Positions 10,601-20,700 of a stretch of 44,151 bases of DNA are shown here, in pieces. Origin of the DNA: a virus (taxonomy: Duplodnaviria; Caudoviricetes); the IMG/VR virus record IMGVR_UViG_3300032315_000313, positions 1 through 44,151 of that record. The stretch is one strand, 5' to 3'. Numbering within the stretch: the stretch's first letter is position 1; every line of letters begins with the position of its first letter. A model generated the notes under the pieces. The model searched no databases. It worked only from the letters and a program-made list of their open reading frames with translations, and was not told the origin of the DNA. The position numbers were made by a program, and so were the translations under genes.

Positions 10601-13600
10601 ACTTCTCCATTTACTGGTGTAGAATTTTGAATATCTGTAATATCTAAAGGAATAGTAGCAACAACACTTTTAGTTTTTTTATTCTTTCTAATAGGTTTTT
10701 TTCTAGCTACTTGAACCCCTTCTTCAGATACTTCAAGTGGAATTTCTGTTTCCGTTTCTACTGCTTTTAGTTCTGCATCATATTTAGCATTAATTTCTTT
10801 TTGAACTCGACTTAAAACTTTATTTGAAAATTCTTTTCTCCATTCATTAAATTCTTGTGCTGTTAATAGATTTTTATTATATGCTTTAAAAGTTTTATTA
10901 ACTTCATCTAATTCTTCATTTGTTAATTCTATTTCAGTATTTTTAAATCCTAATGCCGCATTTCCAGTAGTGGCTATTTTATTATTTACTGCTTGTAAAA
11001 GTCCAAATTGTGTATAATTAGATAATCCTCTTTCAATAGGTGTTAATTCTTCTTGTCTTCTTCTTTCTATATCAGTTTTTTTATCTTCCAACGCTTTAGT
11101 CGTGCTTTCTACCGCCAAAGCATCCGGTTGCCCCTGAACTTGTTGGGCTTCAACCCCAGTAGGAGAATCTATTTCAGTTTGGAGTGCTTCAGCTGCTAAC
11201 TCTGTTTCATTATCTAACCTAGTTTGATTAGGACTAGCACTAAATACAGGAGCTTTATTAGTATTATCTATATCTGTTGCTATAGTATTACTAACTGTTT
11301 CTATAGCTTCTGTATTAGTTGCTACATTATTATCAATAGCTGTTTCTATAGCTTGACTAGTAGCAACTGGTACTTTTTCTTTAAAATCAGGTAATTCTTT
11401 AAGTGCATTATCTAACTGCTCTTGTAAAGCAATAATTGTTTCTACATTACTACCTAATCTTTCATTATAAGCTCTTTTTCTTTCTTCTAAACTTTCTAAA
11501 AATTGAGTATATATATTTTCAGGTAATTGTTTTAAATCAGATGCAATAGAGTCTAATCTACCTAACTCATTTTTTATTCTAAGGCTATGACTATCTATAT
11601 CATCAATAATATTTTTTAATAAAGATATTCTAACTATAGGACTTATTAGTTGTGCTCGTTTAGTTTCAGTACTCCATTCTTTATTAGCTGAGTCTAATTC
11701 TTTAGTTACATTATTTATAATACCAGATACAAATTGATATTTATTTGCATCTTCTTCAGCTAATTTATCTAATAAAGATTGAATTAAAACAGGTTTATTA
11801 TGTAACAATAACAATTCAACTATTCTAGATAATTGAGTAGTATCATTACTAGTAATAGCAGGTATAAAATTATCCCCTAAAAAAGAAGTAGTCTTATCTG
11901 ATAAAAATTTTCCATACACTTTATCGTAAGTTGATTCTTTGGATTTTGGTTTAGTTACTTTATTTAATAACTTACCTATTTTAGTATACCATTTAGTACT
12001 ATCAGCTGCTATTTTTGTGTCGTTTTCTGTGTTATTACTTATTGAATATAATAGTTCTTTAGATATTTTTTCTATTTCTGCAATATCTGGAGATTCATAA
12101 AAATTACGTACTTCACTATCATAATCATTTTTTCCAGCTTCATCATCGTCTAAACCACTATCTAAAAACAATTTATTATCTTTATACTTTTCAAATAAAT
12201 TATCAATAGACATATCATGGTTAATATACTTCATTAAAGATGAAGCGTCTTCTTTCGATAATATATTTTTCTTTTTATCAGTATTAAATGCCATTAAGTA
12301 TACAGCATCTAACATTTGTTTTTTACTCAATCCATTAGCTTCTAAATTAGCTAATATATCTCCTACTCTTAATTTTTTAACTAAAGAATTTACAGAATTA
12401 GCTTTTTTAGGGTCACTAAATTTTAAATCAGTTATCCAAGTAGAAGGGTCTATATCACCACTAATTAAATCAGTAGCATAACTAAATCCACCAAAAGCAC
12501 CACCTGATATTAATCCCATTAAACCTTCGTCAACTATTTGGGGGTTTAATTCTTTTATCTCTTTGCCATTTTCATCTAGTTTTACTCCACCAGTATAAAA
12601 ATCTCTAACTGGAGTCAGTACGTGGTCTAGTATAGAATAGTGTTCTCCAACTGCATTGTGCTTTGATTTCTCAGAAGCATACCCTTGATATATTTCTTGT
12701 GCTGCTTCTTCTGGGGCATCAGCTGCTGCTTGTAGACCAAATAATAAATAAGGATTACTAGCTATTTTATTTAGTCCTTCTTTAAATATTAAAACTTGAG
12801 AAACAAATTGGGGTAAAGCCCAAGCTAAGTTAAGCATAGTAGTTTGATACGCAGCATTAGCAGCTTCATCATGAGTTTTACCATCTTGTATCATTTCTGA
12901 ATAAGCCATACCACCTTCTACAAAAGACTCAATAGGTAAACTAAACATTTCTCCAGCTGCCATTTTTGCTGCTGTCGAAGGTCCTAAATCCATACCTATT
13001 TTAGCTAATGCAGCTCTACCTGCTCCACCGAATGCTAAAGAAGCACCACCAATAGCAGCAGCAAATGGTATTAATTGCCCAATCATAGCTCCATACCATT
13101 TAGGGTCTGATACTTTATCTATTAGCTCATTATCATCAGTAGCCCCAGTAGCTTGAGCTATTTGTTCTTGGGCTATTTTATTTTCATAATTTAAGCCATT
13201 ATAAAAATTACCCAAAAACAAAGGTATATTGCTAGTACCAACAAGCATATTAGTTGTAGCACCATAAGCATTTAGAGCAAGTTGACTAAAGAAATCTGTA
13301 TCTTCATACCTTTCTTTTAGTAATTTTTGCTCATTATATTTAATATCTTTACCTACTTGCTCGTAGGTATCTCTTATTTCTTTAACAGAATCTGGGTTAG
13401 CCCAAGGATACTTTTCTAATAAATTCTTTTCTAAAACTAATCTTTTACTTGCATATTCTTTTTGTTTAGTTTCAGCGTATTGCTCTAATAATCTAGTTTT
13501 ACGATCTATATCATTTTGTAGTTCTTCTTGGCTCTTGTAAACATTATTTTTAGTATTACTTTCTAATTGATTTTCTATTTGCTCTTTATATTTAGTTATA

Positions 13601-14208
13601 TCATCATTAATAGAAGTAGATAGTTCAGTATCAAATGTTTCTAATTCTTTATTTCTAGAAAGTATTTCATTTCGTACAGACTTAGTATCTATACCAAACT
13701 TTTGAAATAGAATAGTATCTACTTCTTTATTTACTTTAAATGTATTTAATTTACCTTTTAGTAAATCATAAGACGCAGAATACAAAGATTCTGTATCCTC
13801 AACATTTTGAGCTATATCTGGATTATTTTTTAGAAAAGAATCAACTGTCTGTTCAACTCTATCAGCATAATCAAATGCTAAGTTCACATCATTTATATCC
13901 GATATATGCTCAAATTCTTTTGATAAATCAGAAGATACTCTTTGAGCAATAGCTGATATTAGATTTTGATTACCAGTTTTTGGCTTTTCTTGATATGGAG
14001 TATATTCAGAATCTGTACCAGCACTAGGTATTGGAGCATCAGAATCCTTTTTTTCTATTTTAAAACCATCAGGGGATTGCCAATTAGATAAATCTTGTTC
14101 ATCAGAGCCTGTACCTATATATTCATCGTCCCCTAAAAACTTATTATCACCAAATGCACTTTTTATCTTATCATAAGGTGTACTACTTCCTGAAAATAAA
14201 TCAGCCAT
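7606..14208 (-). CDS. Giant ejection/cargo polyvalent protein (2200 aa) with a membrane-spanning region and C-terminal GNAT and ADP-ribosyltransferase-like domains
   Basis: Lies directly upstream of the virion RNAP. Has Gly/Ala hydrophobic segments (IPFAAAIGGASLAFGGAG; GLISGGAFGGF), GNAT motif A (IFIPEQYRKQGLGLSLY) and ART-like motifs (VYHGT...GFFFS...DG...VVFEPEQI). Confidence 0.8.
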   Translation of the reverse strand: MADLFSGSSTPYDKIKSAFGDNKFLGDDEYIGTGSDEQDLSNWQSPDGFKIEKKDSDAPIPSAGTDSEYTPYQEKPKTGNQNLISAIAQRVSSDLSKEFEHISDINDVNLAFDYADRVEQTVDSFLKNNPDIAQNVEDTESLYSASYDLLKGKLNTFKVNKEVDTILFQKFGIDTKSVRNEILSRNKELETFDTELSTSINDDITKYKEQIENQLESNTKNNVYKSQEELQNDIDRKTRLLEQYAETKQKEYASKRLVLEKNLLEKYPWANPDSVKEIRDTYEQVGKDIKYNEQKLLKERYEDTDFFSQLALNAYGATTNMLVGTSNIPLFLGNFYNGLNYENKIAQEQIAQATGATDDNELIDKVSDPKWYGAMIGQLIPFAAAIGGASLAFGGAGRAALAKIGMDLGPSTAAKMAAGEMFSLPIESFVEGGMAYSEMIQDGKTHDEAANAAYQTTMLNLAWALPQFVSQVLIFKEGLNKIASNPYLLFGLQAAADAPEEAAQEIYQGYASEKSKHNAVGEHYSILDHVLTPVRDFYTGGVKLDENGKEIKELNPQIVDEGLMGLISGGAFGGFSYATDLISGDIDPSTWITDLKFSDPKKANSVNSLVKKLRVGDILANLEANGLSKKQMLDAVYLMAFNTDKKKNILSKEDASSLMKYINHDMSIDNLFEKYKDNKLFLDSGLDDDEAGKNDYDSEVRNFYESPDIAEIEKISKELLYSISNNTENDTKIAADSTKWYTKIGKLLNKVTKPKSKESTYDKVYGKFLSDKTTSFLGDNFIPAITSNDTTQLSRIVELLLLHNKPVLIQSLLDKLAEEDANKYQFVSGIINNVTKELDSANKEWSTETKRAQLISPIVRISLLKNIIDDIDSHSLRIKNELGRLDSIASDLKQLPENIYTQFLESLEERKRAYNERLGSNVETIIALQEQLDNALKELPDFKEKVPVATSQAIETAIDNNVATNTEAIETVSNTIATDIDNTNKAPVFSASPNQTRLDNETELAAEALQTEIDSPTGVEAQQVQGQPDALAVESTTKALEDKKTDIERRRQEELTPIERGLSNYTQFGLLQAVNNKIATTGNAALGFKNTEIELTNEELDEVNKTFKAYNKNLLTAQEFNEWRKEFSNKVLSRVQKEINAKYDAELKAVETETEIPLEVSEEGVQVARKKPIRKNKKTKSVVATIPLDITDIQNSTPVNGEVISSSVDNIEEQLDPFEPQKKNTSPENSIAYLDQQYEVDTKGNKKSISLEANSLYIKLLDPDFMPVGTEVVLKFISKSEFVPYYDSNNKLISYKEAEANNEVPIGIYKGTTLVGYVHLPSWVNLSNVPRSVDIPTAIENLNKLRDKVIKEGEVKTTIIEVTSNVLATTLDGENGKYELNKTSDNVPDTNIKIAIGDSGQLVYGEQKQNIITETKNITTPNVIHNAIPYIVVDIPMNETKAALPLILPTIGELSSLNVVDNNGSSFTSEDIINTVVELLTYVNFPTNEDGAIDFGIDKDKDSVIKFVSNFFMTENLTNESSILEKVEANSKQQFRLRAPLKVDGNSKYYVGFATFKDKNNNKFLALQYIVGNEDTVDNRNKHIGARKQAVPEKLTVEEYKKQLRLILSNVLPNLSPNVSIPLLNSKAPYIFTVVKDGSLVQLKFNSYNEYVKNITKTFLAPVDLGNGKYSYIRQPVYRFDMDSNKKEKGSSVNEKIEESNNGIVSSESTNNISDKYNKLFGNDFIDNLPSVDDNIKLGVQELFDSNPELANQVDEALGFKQNNIEAANRIKKAEQDLKKIHQIGIADTIEEVEKAEGKKIIVLDTNDFKNKTQKSVAFDRIFIPEQYRKQGLGLSLYIIRGEELLKEGKHLVNYDQLSDDALQIWKRLLDLGLATQSGEYGTYQYIGLQNQLTSEQKKQALQLYSKYLDTIFPNSKVKDIVYHGTSFGKFDKFSKDELGKNTEAPSSLQGFFFSNNKATAGSYAQKTEKDWGEISLEESIERYEDNKDNNELYYELVKKSDYIDKRNPFGEGSVFIKSRNKELYFGEFEDFTEEHEKALEDLNIIEKKAELLKKQNSKLQLFTVVLNIKNPKVEDKKGKSGNINQIIKSVKTINDGVILNNYKDPFISDVYVVFEPEQIHILGSKQDIEGFKEFVEKDAKNSELFYQLGGESGIELNLISSLNLSNIDYLPTTSNLKLNTINLVTEKDILKNINFCKNK

Positions 14209-14218
14209 GTTATCATTA

Positions 14219-15802
14219 TTATTTTAATGAATTTAATATTTGATCTAACTGCGCTGTTTGAGACATAGCTTCTTTACCCATACCTTTTAAATCATTACTA
14301 TAGGACTCTACTATTTTTCCTTTATCTATTTTCTTATGCATAATAATAGGTACTTTATATAATTTTTTACCAGTTTCTACAGCTTTTAGTAAAGTTTGTG
14401 TTCCATCTTCATCTATGTTAATATAGTTACTTCTAATCATACTTTTATCAGCTTCTTGATATCTTATTGGGTCTAAGCCTTTTTTGTTTAAAGCGGCTTC
14501 AGTAACAATTGCCCAAGCTGTTGCTCTAACTTCAGAGTTACTTTTATTACCAACTAATGTAAGAGATTTGTCACTATATGGCTCAACTGCAATAATATCA
14601 TTAGCTGATATTTTAGTTGTCATTCCAATTCCTAAATTAGAATTTCCTACTGGAATTTCATACTTATCAGCTGATAATTTACGTTTGTTATCGCCACCTG
14701 CTCCATAAAATATTACACTAAAATTATTACCTAAATCTCCATCAATTCTGACAACTGATTCTTTACCTTCATTATTTAATCTTTGATGCGCTTTAGTTAG
14801 TTCAGTTACAAATGCAGTTGTTTTAGTAGGAGTTAGCATTGATTCTTCTTTGCCATCCAAAGATTTTTTATATGCTTCTAAAGCAAATGCATTTTGTGTC
14901 ATTCCATTTAATTTGGAGTGTACCCTTTCTGTTCCAACAGACATAAGTCTATTGTAAGCATAAGCCCCATACTCACCATAGTTACTGTATTGCTTTTCAA
15001 CAATTCTATTAATTTCATCTTCAGTTAATTTAGGGTTACTAGCTTTAACTAAAGGGTACATATTATTAACAAACTGTTGCTGAATAGCTAATTTACTTTC
15101 TGGATTAGAACTAACAGCTGTATAATCCATTTGTATTTGAGGATTATTAGTATAATCTCCTGATAATATTTCGTTACTTGCTACAGAATGAATATCTTTT
15201 TTAGCTATACTTTCCCAGTTTTGTATTAAAGTACCATCTTCTCTAATATAGCTATTAGGTTCTAAATTATCAAATTTAGGTTCTTCTATTTCTTTACGAG
15301 TGTTTATTGCATTTACAAAAGAATAATTACCCCAATCAGAATTAGTTTTACCTGTTTTAGAATAATTATTTAGTTCTTGTATATAGTCAGCATCATATAC
15401 TCCTGATTTAAAGAATGGATTTTTTCTAGCTTCTTGTAATCTTTTATTAGCTTCTTGAATACCAGCATAATTATACATAATATCTTTTACATCTTTATTA
15501 GATGCTAAAGATTTTACTTTTCTTCTAATTTCTGTACCAATCATAGGGTCAGTTAAATCTTTAGAAGCAAGCTCTTTTGCGTAATTAGTATACTCATCTT
15601 TTATACCAGTCATAGTTTTAGTAGCAGCTTCTCCATATGGAGTTATCTTACCTAAAAACTCTTCTCCAGCATCAACATATTCATTAGCTTTTTCATAGTT
15701 GTCTCTTAAAGCATTAGCTTGAAGCATCATCTCTTGAAAAGGCAATGGTACATAAGTATCTTGTAGCCTTAACTCGGCTGGTTTATCGTATATACTAGCC
15801 AT
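14219..15802 (-). CDS. Putative ejection/cargo protein
   Basis: 527 aa, helical, N-terminal YVPLPF motif; sits between the cargo protein and the giant injected proteins as in crAss-like gene order. Confidence 0.6.
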   Translation of the reverse strand: MASIYDKPAELRLQDTYVPLPFQEMMLQANALRDNYEKANEYVDAGEEFLGKITPYGEAATKTMTGIKDEYTNYAKELASKDLTDPMIGTEIRRKVKSLASNKDVKDIMYNYAGIQEANKRLQEARKNPFFKSGVYDADYIQELNNYSKTGKTNSDWGNYSFVNAINTRKEIEEPKFDNLEPNSYIREDGTLIQNWESIAKKDIHSVASNEILSGDYTNNPQIQMDYTAVSSNPESKLAIQQQFVNNMYPLVKASNPKLTEDEINRIVEKQYSNYGEYGAYAYNRLMSVGTERVHSKLNGMTQNAFALEAYKKSLDGKEESMLTPTKTTAFVTELTKAHQRLNNEGKESVVRIDGDLGNNFSVIFYGAGGDNKRKLSADKYEIPVGNSNLGIGMTTKISANDIIAVEPYSDKSLTLVGNKSNSEVRATAWAIVTEAALNKKGLDPIRYQEADKSMIRSNYINIDEDGTQTLLKAVETGKKLYKVPIIMHKKIDKGKIVESYSNDLKGMGKEAMSQTAQLDQILNSLK

Positions 15803-15803
15803 A

Positions 15804-17759
15804 TTAATCGTTGTAACCTAATTGATTTAACTCTTCTAATAATGTTTGAGCTGCTTTTGAATTACCTACATTAGGTATTATATCTTTATATATCAAAGTT
15901 CTAATCTTATCTATAGACATTTGATTTTTATTTTTAGTGTTTAATTGACCTATGTCAGTTAATTGAGATAGCCCTGTAGATACTAAATTTCTATTAGCTG
16001 ATTTAGCTCTTAGTTTAGCATCTGCATTTTTATAGTTAATCTCTCTATTCATAGCATCTTGTTGATTTATGATTTGATTATTACTATTTTGTGTATTAGC
16101 TTCTGATGCAGCAAAATTACCGTAAATAGATTGTAAATCATTATTGAAATCACTACCAACACTATTTAATATACCCATTCTTTGAGCTACTGTTAAGTTA
16201 CCATTAGCTTGATTTTTAAGCATACTATATTTATTTCTAGCTGCTCTTATTCTAGAAGGTAATAACAATTTTTCAGGATTAGTATTTAATTTAAAAGATA
16301 CATTCTCCATAGTAGGATATTCAGGTTTAGTCATACCTAAAGCTGTATTATACAATGGAGCTGCATATCTAGATAGATTATCCAAATTAAATCTTTCAGA
16401 TTTATTAGTTTTAGTTGATGTAGTATTACTAGGTACCCCACCAGTTTGACTAGCAGCTAAAGCAGAATTAGTATTCATACCTGTATTTCCTGCACCAGGT
16501 CCACCTCCAAATTTTCCACCTTGTTCTGTAGGTGCTATATTGTCATTATTAGCATTTCGTTGCGGTAAAAAACTAGGTTTCATATGTCTAAATTTAAACA
16601 TTCCTGGATTAATATTATTACTACTACCCATTTCAACAGAAGTGTCTACTCTTGCAGGATAAGGGGTACTATTTACTGGACCTATATTGTTATTACTAGC
16701 ATTATCTGAAAATATTGATTTTAATGTTGCATCATTATACCCTACAAAAGAACCACTAGGTCCTCCTGCATATTTAGTATTAGTATTAATACTATCAATA
16801 ACAGGTCCATTTACATTTGTAGATGCATTTAAATTTAAAGGTTCTTGTAGCGCTCTTGTTTGATTAGGTAAAGGTAGCATTCCCCCAACTGCCGGTCCTG
16901 GTTGGTAATTATCAGCTATAAAAGATTCCTTAGGTAAACTTGATAAGTATTGATTTCTTTCTCTATTTCCAGCCGTATTTAAGGGAGACCTCATATATTT
17001 ATTAAAACCAGGTATTTCATCTACACCATTTGCATAAATCGGTCCACCATGGTTATATTGACCTTCTGGGTTACCTTCTCTATCAGCCATAAAATCTAAT
17101 ACTTTAGTAGCTCTTTTTTTAGACATAGAAGACATTGGATATTTTACTTTATTCACGTTTTTAACTATTTGCTCTCTTTCTTTATCACTATATTGAGTAC
17201 TATATACAGTACCCCCTGCAATAGCGTGTGGAGTTTTAGATTTAAACCCCTTGGGATATACTAATAACTTATCACCACCATTAGAATGAGGATTAACACC
17301 GGTATGAGTTATATCATTATCACTATTAGTAATTACTTCTCCTTTTTCTACTTCTATTATAGGAGCATTTATTTGACCACCTAATGCATATATATCAGTT
17401 TGATATGCATCTGGATTTTCAGCCATATACTGAGAATTAGCTTTATTAGCAGCTTTAATATTGTTTTTAACAGCTAAGTTTCTTTTATTTTTATTAGCTG
17501 ATACTACTCCCATAGTTCCACCTATTAAAGCTCCAGCTCCAGCTCCTATAGCTGTACCTATTCCTGGGTTTATAGAAGTACCTAGTTGAGCTCCATACGA
17601 AGCTATATTTAGTCCTTGCTTAAAACCCTGTGTAGTTGGGTTAGTAGCATCATCACCTAAAAAGTTAATAGCTAAAGAAGTAGCTACAGGAGCTAAGGAA
17701 GTTATTTCTTGAGCACCAACCTTATATTTAGGTATATTTATTTTATATGATTTTTTCAT
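15804..17759 (-). CDS. Putative cargo/ejection protein with glycine zipper (crAss001 gp45/C1-like position)
   Basis: GIGTAIGAGAGALIGG glycine zipper, YALGG and EVEKGEV...HSNGG motifs, low-complexity Asn/Gly/Pro middle; follows the muzzle gene. Confidence 0.65.
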   Translation of the reverse strand: MKKSYKINIPKYKVGAQEITSLAPVATSLAINFLGDDATNPTTQGFKQGLNIASYGAQLGTSINPGIGTAIGAGAGALIGGTMGVVSANKNKRNLAVKNNIKAANKANSQYMAENPDAYQTDIYALGGQINAPIIEVEKGEVITNSDNDITHTGVNPHSNGGDKLLVYPKGFKSKTPHAIAGGTVYSTQYSDKEREQIVKNVNKVKYPMSSMSKKRATKVLDFMADREGNPEGQYNHGGPIYANGVDEIPGFNKYMRSPLNTAGNRERNQYLSSLPKESFIADNYQPGPAVGGMLPLPNQTRALQEPLNLNASTNVNGPVIDSINTNTKYAGGPSGSFVGYNDATLKSIFSDNASNNNIGPVNSTPYPARVDTSVEMGSSNNINPGMFKFRHMKPSFLPQRNANNDNIAPTEQGGKFGGGPGAGNTGMNTNSALAASQTGGVPSNTTSTKTNKSERFNLDNLSRYAAPLYNTALGMTKPEYPTMENVSFKLNTNPEKLLLPSRIRAARNKYSMLKNQANGNLTVAQRMGILNSVGSDFNNDLQSIYGNFAASEANTQNSNNQIINQQDAMNREINYKNADAKLRAKSANRNLVSTGLSQLTDIGQLNTKNKNQMSIDKIRTLIYKDIIPNVGNSKAAQTLLEELNQLGYND

Positions 17760-20700
17760 TATCTTACTGATATTCTATAATTCGCACTTATAGCATTAAA
17801 TACGATTTCGTAATCATTAGTGTTATCAAATTCTAGCACAATTATAAAGTACTTACCTCTAATTCTAGCAGATGTTACTGCTTCTCTAGGTATCACTATA
17901 TTGTATTGACTCTCTAAATATCTAAATAAAACGCTATTACTTGGTAATACTGGATTAAATGCTGATTGAAATATTATGTTTGCATTAGCTGATTGATTTA
18001 CATCACTAGATGCTTGTATCTTACTAAAAGTATTAACAACATTAGTGCCATTTCTATTTTTAGTATAATGGTCTAATGACAAACTATCTAAAATTTTAGT
18101 CAATAATGGAGAATCGTTTAAAACGATTTCTATTTTACTGTTATTTGTTGATTCAATATATAAATTCTGAGTAGGGTGTTGTCTAAAATAAACACCTTTT
18201 TTATAACTTCTAATTTTATACAAATCACTATAATTTGTATTTATACTATTTATATAAGGTGCATTTGGATTTTTAACTACATATAAGTTTTCACCTACAG
18301 ATAAATATGCGTCTGGGTAGTAGTCATGGAAACTTATAAACTTTTGTTCATTTAGACTATAAGTTAATGTATAATGCTCAGAATTGTCAGGATTTCTATT
18401 TGGGTCAGATTTCCATAGTTTTCTAGTTAGAAATAACACTTTAGTTTTATAATCATAACCTAATAGTACACCATAGTTATGTGGAGTATCCCACATTGGA
18501 TTATCTAAAGAACCATTAGAATTAGTACTTTGTATATAATCTTGCCCTATTTTAGAGAAATAAGCGGTTAAACCTTTATCTGATATTTCTTCTATACCTG
18601 AACCTAATTTAAATAATTTACCTTGATTAGTATCTAACCATATATACCCAAAAGGTGTATGACAGTTACTCCATTGGCTCAATGAACCTGCATAACCCCC
18701 TAAATCTGTAAATACTTCTTCACTAGGTCTCTGAAATATACCATTAGTACCTAATTGTAAATTAATGCTATCTGTTGATACTAAAGCATTGGTGTCATTT
18801 ACGAATGTTCTCCATAGTGTCTTAGGGGTATGTAAATACAATATGCTGTTGTATACAAATGTATCCCATATTTCTCCTTTGTTTTTAGGAACATCATGGT
18901 AGTTTAATAATGGAAATATACGATAATTATCTGTTACTCCATCAACAGAATCAGGGGTAGAATAAATAGTTCTACACTCAAAATTGTTAGCTGTTGATTG
19001 ATTAGCTATTATAGATGGGGGAAAGAATTTTAAAATAGAATTATCTGCACTATATTGTTTATTATAGTATGGAGTTTGTCCTAAGTAAGTAGGTTGGTCT
19101 AATACAACATATCTTCCTTGCTTAGGTGAAGCTGGGTTATATTCTTTTGGCCAATAAGTTAAACCTCCTTGTATATTATGCCTGTATAATACATTTTTAG
19201 TAGATTCAACTACAAATCCCATTAGAGTACGTAATTCTCCACCATCTCCTTCGTTAGCTCTACCAGAAGGTTTAGAATCTTCTCCCTCCCAACGTATATT
19301 AGTATCAGGAAAGTTTACTATACCAGCTAAATTATCTAACCTAGTTACTGCTAAGTCATACCTTAATTTACCAGTATTAGTAGTAGCAAAATACCCAAGA
19401 TAAGTATCACCACCAAAGAATCTTAAATCAACAGGAGTATAGGGTTGATTATTTTGCTTACTTTTTATATAAGCTGCTTTAACATATTCTGCCTGAGTAT
19501 AATCTCCGTATTGGTCTGGTATATCTCTTAGAATGTTAAATAATCCTCTATAGTGGTTTGAATTTGGGATGAAGTCTTCTTTCGCATAGCCTTCACCATT
19601 ACCAACGCCAAACATATTCCACTGATTATCATTATCGAAAGTAATAGTACCATCATGGGTACCGATGTCATTAATTGATACATTATTGTTTGTTTTTAGT
19701 AAGAAATATCCATTGTTTTCATAACCCCATAAAGGCTCAGCTCCTAATATAGTAGGAAATTGTTGTACAAATCCCCCAACATTATTAGGAATAGTAAATA
19801 AGTTTTGACTAGCTTCTATAGTATATACAGTATTGCTACCAGGTGTCATACCGCCTGTGTAATCGCACTTAGTATTAAGCTTAAATGCTTCTAATACTTT
19901 AGTTGATGCAACTGCAAATAAAGAACCGTAATAAGCTCCTAATGCAGCTACAATAGAAAATGGAGCTGAAATTATACCTCCAGCTAAATTAAAAGCTATT
20001 AGAGCAGCAGCAGAGGCAGCTATTTCGGTAGCATTGGAAGCAAGTTTTAATTTAGTATTATCAAATCTTAATTTCTCTGGTGTACCTTTAATGTAAGCTA
20101 CGTTTTCTAAATACAATAATGTAGGGTCTATGAAATCTTTTCCATTAAGTATAAAGTCTGGGCTAAAAAATCCAAATTTATTAGCTTCATATCCTAAATT
20201 ATCATTTAAATTAATTTGGTTCCATCTTCTACCATATCTTGGAGCTGTTTTACCACCCCATAATATTTCTGTATTTCCTAATAAATAAGATAAATCATAA
20301 AAGTCTTGTGCTACACCAGTACCAGGTATTCCATCAGGAGACCTATCTTTAGGGTTTGTAGCCCATAAGTTATTACCACTAGTCCAATAACCTCCATTAG
20401 GTAATAAGCTATTAGATGAAAATCCTCCTGGAGAAGCTTCACCTCTAATACTAGTCATAGTACCTATATTATATTTTATTAACCTATTTATTATTCCTTG
20501 AGCAGCAATACGCTTATTTTGAGTTTCATTAGAATCTCTTTGTTGTCTAACAATAATAAACCCAGATATTTTATCAAATAAGGTTTGATTATTAGCAATA
20601 GCTACATTTAAACTAGTTGCATCAACTTCTAATCCTAATACTCTATATTTTAGAGAACCATTTACTACTACATAAGTAGGCTCTTGGCTTATAGTAGGCA

